Below are positions 1-8,364 of a stretch of DNA of 9,213 nucleotides, in pieces (within the stretch, counting starts at the first letter, position 1; every line of letters starts with the position of its first letter). The DNA lies in the NCBI RefSeq assembly GCF_000150275.1, contig NW_002061074.1:1-9213 (forward strand), in the 5' to 3' direction. Position numbers and translations under genes: made by a program. Below the pieces are notes generated by a model that worked only from the letters and a program-made list of their open reading frames with translations, had not been told where the DNA came from and searched no databases. The DNA comes from Trichoplax adhaerens (Eukaryota > Animalia > Placozoa).

Positions 1-1039
1 ATGGCATTCGTCCTTGCATCAAATTGCACGACTTAATAGAAAACATGATCAAAACTAATAACAACTATTCTCCCATCAGATTGTCTAGGCCAGCCCCGTC
101 TACCTCAACAAGAAGAGCGTGAGTAGAAATTGAATGACTAGAAAAACAAACGATGGTTCTCTCTCGCTTTCTCCACTACCCTAAGCCTCATTGGGCTACC
201 ATCAAGCCCTCTAACCTTACTACAACATCATGCATGAGGGTAACCGATGGCATCTATCCAATCTTCCTCCATCATTGCATCAAAGCTATTTTTTTTTTCC
301 ACGCCGTCGAGGTAGGCGTAGCATGGGCTGCTGAAAAGAAAAGCCATCTTGCTTCTTTGTCAACATAGGTTTGATCAACCCTGTCATTTTGTCATGTTAT
401 TCAACATCGGTCTTACCTCCTGTGACGCCATGGCCGCCCAATCTTGAATCAAGCTCAATAACCAGGTGATACGATCAACAACTTGGATTTCTACTTCTTT
501 ACAAGGCAATAAAGTGGAAAGGAAAGCAACTAATTTCTTCTTCTTGCTCGTCTTGTGGCCAACCGCATCCGAAAGGGGCAAGACCACCACAGGGTGTTAG
601 AGTCGTCCACTGCATGTTAGCCTCGATGGCGTCGGCTCTATACACAAGCCAGTAGCGTTTCCTCTGATTTGGTGGTCAAGGGTATCGGTCACCTAGGGGC
701 ATGATGGCAGTAGAGGGTATCACTCATGTCATAGCAAACGATAGAAATCCTTCAAAAAGTCATGGATGATCGTGGTATGCCAACCAAGTCGACCACTTTC
801 CTGGGCTAGGCCGGTCGTCCGGCTGGCTGTAGACTGCCAGTCAGGGCAGGCGTTCGTAACTTGCCTGGTTTTCCTATGCTGAGCAAAAATAATGTCACTA
901 TTAGACAGCCATTTCATAAGGCGTTATATACAGGAAACGAATGCTATGCGTGACATCAATTTTGTAAAATGCAGACTCCAATCCAGTTGAAAGACAGCAC
1001 TCTCTGGACTTCATTTGAGCAATCCTTAGTGCAAATGGT

Positions 1040-2780
1040 GAACAAGATTGCCAAGAAAGGCAATTTAAATACACAACTATTCTATCCTATTGGTCTTATT
1101 TATTTCCATGTTGGTACCAGTCTGGGCCAGGTGTATTTCACTGTATAATAGAGTGCCGATTGGATCATTTTCCTGCATTGGATAACCACAACGGTCGTCC
1201 AACTACCTCCAGTAAAGACAGCAAGTGCAAGCTTATCCTTAACTGTCTGCTGTCTGCTCAAAGTCAACTCAATAAAATTGCCAAGAAAGGCAGTTTGCAA
1301 ACTGTTTGCTCATGCTTAAAAACGTTGTCTGCAAAAGCAGTTTGACTACCCAACCATTTTACCTTACTGGCGTTATTAATTTACGGTAAATAGACGGTCA
1401 TCAAACTACCTGCAGTACAGTAAATACAGCAAGTGCAAGCTTATCCTTGACTGTCTGCTGTCTGCTCAAAGTCAACTCAATAAGATTGCCCAGAAAGGCA
1501 GTTTGCATACTGTTTGCTCATGCTTAAAAACCTTGCCTACAAAATAAGATTGCCTAGAAAGGCAGTTTGCATACTATTTGCCATGGTTAATAACATTGCC
1601 TACAAAGCAATTTGTCTGCTGTTTGCTCATGGTTAATAACATTGCCTAGAAAGGCAGTTTGCAAACTGTTTGCTCATGCTTAAAAACGTTGTCTGCAAAA
1701 GCAATTTGACTACCCAACCATTTGACCTTACTGGCGTTATTAATTTACGGTAAATAGACGGTTAATATACGGCCTGCGGTACAGTAAATACAGCAAGTGC
1801 AAGCTTATCCTTGACTGTCTGCTGTCTGCTCATAGTCAACTGAATAAGATTGCCCAGAAAGGCAGTTTGCATACTGTTTGCTCATTGCTTAAAAAAGCCT
1901 TGCCTACAAAATAAGATTGCCTAGAAGGGCAGTTTGCATCCTGTTTACTCATGGTTAATAACATTGCCTGCAAAGCAATTTGCCTCCTGTTTGCTCATGC
2001 TTAAAAACGTTGCCTACAAAATAAGATTGCCTAGAAAGGCAGTTTGCATCCTGTTTGCTCATGCTTAAAAACGTTGCCTACAAAATAAGATTGCCTAGAA
2101 AGGCAGTTTGCATCCTGTTTGCTCATGCTTAAAAACGTTGCCTACAAAATAAGATTGCCTAGAAAGGCAGTTTGCATCCTGTTTGCTCATGCTTAAAAAC
2201 GTTGCCTACAAAATAAGATTGCCTAGAAAGGCAGTTTGCATACTATTTGCCATGGTTAATAACATTGCCTACAAAGCAATTTGTCTGCTGTTTGCTCATG
2301 GTTAATAACATTGCCTAGAAAGGCAATTTGTCTACTGTTTGCTCAAGCTTAAAAACGTTGCCTACAAAAGCAATTTGACTACCCAACCATTTTACCTTAC
2401 TGGCGTTATTAATTTAGGGTAAATATACGGTCATTAGTAAATACAGCAAGTGCAAGCTTATCCTTGACGGTCTGCTGTCTGCTCATAGTCAACTCAATAA
2501 GATTGCCCAGAAGGGCAGTTTGCATCCTGTTTGCTCATGCTTAAAAACCTTGCCTACAGAATAAGATTGCTTAGAAAAGCAGTTTACATACTGTTTGCTC
2601 TTGGTGAATAATGTTGTCTACAAAAGCAATTTGTCTACTGTTTGCTCATGCTTTAAAGCATTGCCTACAAAAGCAATTTTTCTACCCAACCATTTTACCC
2701 TATTGGCGTCATTAATTTCCATTTTTGTTCCAATCTATCGTACAGTAGGTGTATTTGACTGCACAGTAGAGTGCCAATTC
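1040..2780. repeat. Nested (higher-order) tandem repeat: four long units, each containing a variable number of ~47-bp and 17-bp subunits
   Basis: Long-unit heads (cagcaagtgcaagcttatcc) are at 1219, 1427, 1791 and 2444. They contain 1, 4, 9 and 3 copies of ttgcctagaaaggcagtttgcatcctgtttgctcatgcttaaaaacg-like subunits. Three exact 64-bp (47+17) copies start at 2021, 2085 and 2149. A diverged segment at ~1040-1161 is homologous to ~2661-2779. Confidence 0.95.
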
Positions 2781-3410
2781 CAATTTTTGGATTAGTCTGT
2801 GGCAGGTGCAATGCACACTTGTATAATGAACAGTCTATCTTGTTGTTATAAAGTAGTACTTGATTTACTATGTTTAGTTGGATAACTGATTTGTATCATC
2901 GACGTATGTACAGTCTATATGGTTGTTTGTAAACCACCATACACGCTCATATTATCACTTAAAAACAAATTGTACAGCAATCTTGAAGATGAGGATTTAG
3001 ATCGCACAACTAGCCTTTCTACTTTATGATGGACGTCATAAATTAGTCATCTATTGGATTGATGTGATAAGATGGCCGTTAGTATTTATAGTATGCCGTT
3101 ATACAACGTTATTTCTATTCTTCTCTACCTACCGTACAATATATATATATAAATATGATATAGCAGTTTCAAGGGAATACAACTTTGATTCTTTAACCAA
3201 GGGGTACCATCGAAAATAGTCAGAGTGTATAACGGTAATAATATTGAGAATAAAGTTTACTTTTGCTCTCAAGCTCGAGTGAACTTTTCGAACAGTGTGT
3301 TGCAGTCAATGTTCAAAAAAGAAATGGTAGCAAATGTCGTTGATATAAATTTGTTTACAAATTGAAATTAATAAATAATTGTATAAATTAATAGTCTTAC
3401 AAAGCCATCG

Positions 3411-4017
3411 TATGTAAAATTGGAATGCACTACTTTCCAATCCAATCAACCAATAATAAAGTCAAGAAAATACTTGTACAAGAATAAAACCTTTTCAATA
3501 TCTTTTAACTGTCGTAAAACGAAAACTCCATATGAACATTACTTATCTTGCTTGTCGATAATCATTCCATTCAACGATTCTATTCCCAAGATGTTCACTT
3601 AGGATTATTTACTAACCAGAGTAATGTACAATCGATCTACATCTTCCAACTCACCCCATAAAAGTCATTCAAGTTTGCCATCACAACCTCTTAAAGTCTT
3701 ATTCTAGACGTAATCATCCCCTCCACCGTCTCAGGAATACACTACATTTATCATCCAAGAATTTATTCTCATTCGCAATGATGCAATAGTGGAGTTTTAA
3801 ATCCCCTCTTACCTCATCTTATGTAAAATTGGAATGCATTACTTTCCAATCCAATCAACCAATAATAAAGTCAAGAAAATACTTGTACAAGAATAAACAT
3901 TTTCAATATCTTTTAACTGTCGTAAAACGATAACTCCATATGAATATCACTCATCTTGCTTGTAGACAATCATTCCACTCCAAGATTGCATTCACAAGGC
4001 GGTCACCTAGAATTATT
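3411..4017. repeat. ~200-bp direct duplication (3411-3608 and 3820-4017)
   Basis: Both copies begin tatgtaaaattggaatgca and align through ...cac(t/c)tag(g/a)attatt, offset by 409 bp. Confidence 0.95.
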
Positions 4018-4255
4018 ATTATTTTTATTCAAAATCTCTCCAAATCTTAATTTAAATGTTACAAAATACAGTATACCTAGTAGACCTAGAATTCTTTTTA
4101 TTTTCAGTCAAAATCTCTCCCAAGCTTAATTTTAAAGTTACAAAATACAGTATGCCTGTATGGAATGGAAATGAACCTCTGCGTGTTCCAAAGCTTAATT
4201 TTAAAGTTACAAAATACAGTATGCCTGTATGGAATGGAAATGAACCTCTGCGTGT
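4005..4255. repeat. Overlapping tandem duplications: 79-bp period (diverged) and 69-bp period (65 bp identical)
   Basis: 4005-4078 resembles 4084-4157, and 4122-4186 is identical to 4191-4255. The core cttaattttaaagttacaaaatacagtat-like sequence is present three times. Confidence 0.93.
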
Positions 4256-4720
4256 CAAGTTACATTAATAATTAACACATCACTACGAGCACAAAGTCAG
4301 TTTTAATTACAACAGTTTACGAATAAATGAACGTATTCAAATTTAGTAGGCGCATTTCCTACACAAGACCGAAATGAACCTTAGTACGTCATCCTTATAG
4401 ATATATTAATTGCAGAGACGACCATTTTCAGTGTCGGTCTTTATTGTAATAACTTTACTAATCTTAATTATTAATATCATACATTCAATCATTATCATTG
4501 GTAAAAGACCTACAAGCATTCTGGAGAACCTCCGCGATGCTTTCGAAAAGACTGTAATGACCCAGCAGCAAACAGATGGTCAATCTAAAGTCGTACAATG
4601 TCGATTTTCTTGTCTACTAATTGTGAGCCTTTTAGAAGGATAGTTCTTAGGCATTATAGTAGCAGAACTACTGTATATTCTTACTAAATCTTTCGGCAGA
4701 TTAGGGTAGTAATCAGTGGA

Positions 4721-4770
4721 NNNNNNNNNNNNNNNNNNNNNNNNNNNNNNNNNNNNNNNNNNNNNNNNNN
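4721..4770. other. Assembly gap (50 N)
   Basis: A run of exactly 50 N, probably a placeholder of unknown true size. Confidence 0.99.
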
Positions 4771-5190
4771 GTACAGTTGCACCATATCAAAGAATTGGCT
4801 TCGACTACCTTTGCATGATTGTGATTTTATGCATTGTTGTACCTCTGCTATCGTTACTTCCAAGTGTTCATCTTGATCTTGAAAGGAGAATTTTTTGCAT
4901 GTCTTCATTTTGGAAACGGACAATCAAATCATCCACCAAATCTTACGTATTACCATCAATTAGTCTATCCCATTCGCCAGCGTTGTTAATAGCTCTATAA
5001 CCAGTAGAAAAGCTGTATTCAAGCAGACTTTAGACTATCAGTATGGATATTTTAAGTTACTTTTCCCACAAGTCCTTTAGTTCAACCTTTCTCTCACAAC
5101 AGAGCAGCTGGAAATTAGCAAATTTAGCCTTTCGAGTACGAGCAATTTTTCGATGGTGGTGCACCGTCAAGTATGAGCGCAATACTACAA
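4771..5190 (-). pseudogene. Possible degenerate coding remnant with weak resemblance to Ty3/Gypsy Gag
   Basis: The minus-strand translation is RKAKFANFQLLCCERKVELKDLWEK...AINNAGEWDRLIDGNT*DLVDDLIVRFQNEDMQKILL, then after a frameshift QDQDEHLEVTIAEVQ. It loosely follows the Gag pattern R.KF...E...D..V....N..IQ..LL....L...I. This is judged by eye only. Confidence 0.2.
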
Positions 5191-5524
5191 TCGACTTTCA
5201 ATCATGCAAACTTCCATTTGTATAGAGCAAGCGCGCATTCATGATACAGTACAGTACCGACAGTATGCAGTAACTTATACAGCTAATCTCGGCCATCATG
5301 ACGAAATTAATGGAGCTAATCCAAGTTGATGATTATTAATAGAGGACATTGCTACTCGGATTACATCACCATTAGGCTAATTCAAGTATAATCAAAAATT
5401 CTACAGAATGGCTTAAGAGACTTTAGCGGCTCTACGGTAGTGTATATCTACAAGTCAATCTTGGCCTGTATCTTGAAATCCTGAAATCAATCTGCAGCAA
5501 GACAGAATCCACATGAATTGAATT

Positions 5525-6835
5525 GTGCTCCTATGTCGATAATAGCAGTGATGGCTAATTTATCGAGTTCAATCGAGTAAGTAAGTCTACAATTCAGTCC
5601 TGGCCTCAGTCTTCGAAGGATGATATCTACTGTACTGTAAAATGAACATTAATTTAATAGAGCTCCTATGTTGACAATAGCAGTGATAGCAAATTTATCG
5701 AGCTCAATCGAGTATGTCTACAATTCCACCCCGTCCTCAGTCTTCAAAGGATCAAATCGATCTACAGCAGAATTAACATTAATTTAATAGTGCTCCTACG
5801 TCGATAGTAGCAGTGATGGCTAATTTATCGAGTTCAATCGAGTAAGTCTACAATTCAGTCCTGACCTCAGTCTTCGAATGATGATATCTACTGTACTGTA
5901 AAATGAACATTAATTTAATAGAGCTCCTATGTTGACAATAGCAGTGATAGCAAATTTATCGAGCTCAATCGAGTATGTCTACAATTCCACCCCGTCCTCA
6001 GTCTTCAAAGGATCAAATCGATCTACTGCAGAATAAACATTAATTTAATAGTGCTCCTACGTCGATAGTAGCAGTGATGGCTAATTTATCGAGTTCAATC
6101 GAGTAAGTCTACAATTCCACCCCGTCCTCAGTCTTCAAAGGATCAAATCGATCTACTGCAGAATTAACATTAATTTAATAGTGCTCCTACGTCGATAGTA
6201 GCAGTGATGGCTAATTTATCGAGTTCAATCGAGTAAGTCTACAATTCAGTCCTGGCCTCAGTCTTCGAATGATGATATCTACTGTAAAATGAACATTAAT
6301 TTAATAGTGCTCTTATGTTGATCATAGCATTGATGGCTGTTTTATCGATTTCAATCGAGTATGTCTACAATTCAGTCCTGGCCTCAAATGATCAAATCTA
6401 CAGCAAAATTATTATCAATTGGATAGTGCTCCTATGTCGATAATAGCAGTGATAGCTAATTTATCGAGTTCAATCGAGTATGTCTCTAATTCAGTCCTGG
6501 CCTCAGTCTTCAAATGATGATATCTACTGAACAGTAAAATAAACATTAATTTAATAGTGCTCCTATGTTGATAATAGCAGCGATGACTATTTTATCCAGT
6601 TCAATCAAGTATATCCACAATTCAATCCCGCCCTCCATCTTCAAATGATCAAATCAATCTACAACAGAATCAACATTAATTTAATAGTGCTTCTATGTTG
6701 ATCGTAGCAGTGATGGCTGTTTTATCGAATTCAATCGAGTATGTCAACAATTCAGTCTTGAAATAATGAAATCAGTCTGCAGCAGAATTAACATTAATTT
6801 GATGGTGCATCTAGGATGATAATAGCAGCGTTGGC
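5525..6835. repeat. Tandem array of ten ~130-bp units plus a degenerate partial 11th unit, with A/B dimeric higher-order structure
   Basis: Units start at 5525, 5660, 5790, 5921, 6051, 6181, 6307, 6426, 6557 and 6687, with a partial unit at 6805. Lengths are 135, 130, 131, 130, 130, 126, 119, 131, 130 and 118. A degenerate tail half-unit also lies at ~5440-5524. Confidence 0.97.
5526..6738 (+). other. Putative array of ten 51-nt symmetric exons separated by 68-84 nt GT-AG introns (gene or pseudogene, product unknown)
   Basis: The 51-nt blocks are 5526-5576, 5661-5711, 5791-5841, 5922-5972, 6052-6102, 6182-6232, 6308-6358, 6427-6477, 6558-6608 and 6688-6738. All are followed by GT (GTAAGT x4, GTATGT x5, GTATAT x1), and 9 of 10 are preceded by TAG. 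The phase-2 frame is open through all ten. There is no transcript evidence. Confidence 0.45.
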
Positions 6836-7583
6836 AAAAATAGATTGGAAATTTCTGGTTTCGTGTTATGTCATAAGTTAAGGATGGTAAACAGTAAAAT
6901 AAATACACAGAAGGTGCATGTAATATATCCTGATTTTATCTATTAAATAAAGAATATAAATATTTAATTCGGCACTATCTGTCCATAGATTAAGAATACT
7001 CTTTTGGATACTCTCAAACTATGATAGTTCACTTTAAAGAAAATTCTAAACTTTAATTTGCATGTTTTACTAAAGAGGCAACTAAAATTCAGCACAAATT
7101 GTCAATTTGACATTCAATCCATTACGTAAGCTGGCGACATCGGATACTAAAGTTTACACGGAAATTTTAAACTGACAGCGAAAAGTTATCATCACATTTT
7201 ATTGATATTGAATTTACCTAGAGTAACATATTTTGTGAGATTACGTATATAATATAATCTTGCTATAAATTCTCATCAGTATCTTCTAATTGTAAAAAAT
7301 AAATCGGGAGTTTTAATGTTGCAATCAGATACGATGAGTTTGCCGTACTAAAGCAATAGAAAGCCAGTACAGTAAAATGTATCATATATCAATAACAACA
7401 TTTAAGACGTACTTGTAGAGTCTGCAGATGCGTTTAAAGAGCCAACTCTTGCAATGTATAGCAAAAAAAGGATACTGCATTAACTACAGTACTAGATTCA
7501 AGATAATTACTGCAAGCACTTCTGTGTTACATTATTGAACGAAGATTATAAAGATGTCACTTAGTATTTCATTTTATTTACTG

Positions 7584-7604
7584 TATATATATATACATAT
7601 ACAT
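7584..7604. repeat. Short (TA)6 microsatellite with imperfect extension
   Basis: tatatatatatacatatacat; a similar (AT)6 is at 3139-3150. Confidence 0.7.
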
Positions 7605-8211
7605 CTCCAGTAATATTTAGAATTTGAGTGACCTGTGGGCAACTTGAGCTCTCCCATGCCATACTCTATCTAGTATATCGTCTAAATATATCATCTAGGG
7701 CATTTTTCTTATCATTCTGAAAATTTTAAAATTTGCCTTATTGTCGCCAATCAATTTATCCAATCTCGATAATAATACCCACATTTTTACGGATTTACTT
7801 TTTTATTAGCATTATTGTTGTTGTGATTTCACAACCATAACAGCTTCGATAATACATTCGGTAGATTTCATTTTTCATCCGATCGGTAGCATGATTAATT
7901 GATTGGTGAGATAGAAATTTATGCGTTGGTAATTAAAGTTAAAATTAGATTATGACTTACATCGTATCATTTTTATGAGTACAAACATCATAAGAAGGAG
8001 AAGAAAATGCTACTCACCTCAGATAACAGTAAGAAGGGGTTAATAAGCTAGATGAATTATCACCGAACATAACACATAGCATTGTAAAGATGGTATCAGC
8101 AATTTTTATAAATAAATAGGGAAAGCTTACGTTATAAGTTCTTCTCGTTCAATAATGACTTACCAACTACAAAATGCATTCTCTACACGTAGTGGTCTGT
8201 TCTGTAATGGC

Positions 8212-8364
8212 TTAAGGTATCTGTATATCAGCAGAAAATACATGGAATGCAGGGCCGGAAACTTTGACCTCTAAAGGGTCTCTTCGAAGTATATAAACAG
8301 TTGTACGTCCAGGTCTGCCTACAAAATCTCCTTGTTCAGTGTTAACTTTGGCTAATGGTTGTGA
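8212..8364 (-). pseudogene. Frameshifted C-terminal segment of the PhzF-family gene (full locus 8212-9107; 298 aa if one base is restored)
   Basis: The -1 frame reads SQPLAKVNTEQGDFVGRPGRTTVYILRRDPLEVKVSGPAFHVFSADIQIP* (TAA at 8214-8212). This matches the PhzF C-terminal pattern EQG..xGRP...V.V.G.A. The locus is 896 nt, one base short of 299 codons. Confidence 0.85.

Noticed and set aside
1366-1771. 42-nt minus-strand exon-like blocks (gcag|...|gtaagg) in the nested array
   Set aside because: All three frames contain stops, and the acceptor is deleted in the third unit.
1100-2795. Short ORFs 1100-1300, 1160-1345 and 2595-2795
   Set aside because: They lie in repeats with 47- and 64-bp periods (not multiples of 3), and the frame is not conserved between copies.
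3490-3960. Kinase subdomain IX-like or Ulp1-like SYGV(I/F)VL on the minus strand of the 200-bp duplication
   Set aside because: The match is too short, it is preceded by a stop, and no other motifs are nearby.
4052-4268. Opposite-strand 68- and 70-aa ORFs with internal peptide repeats
   Set aside because: They are a by-product of the 69-bp (23-codon) DNA duplication and show no protein motifs.
4684-5000. ORFs spanning the N run
   Set aside because: They are artefacts of reading through the assembly gap.
5590-6140. Hammerhead ribozyme / retrozyme (CTGAGGA on the minus strand of B units)
   Set aside because: The core is not conserved in A units (CTGAGGC/T), and no stem II plus GAAA follows it.
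5580-6800. Minus-strand exon array (acceptor-like ttcattttacag / ttaattctgcag)
   Set aside because: There is no consistent strong donor and the block lengths vary; the plus-strand model fits better.
5525-6835. CRISPR-like repeat-spacer array
   Set aside because: The spacers are homologous to each other rather than unique, the lengths do not fit, and there are no cas genes.
6840-8200. Scattered minus-strand splice-donor-like motifs downstream of the PhzF gene
   Set aside because: No coherent open exon chain could be assembled.
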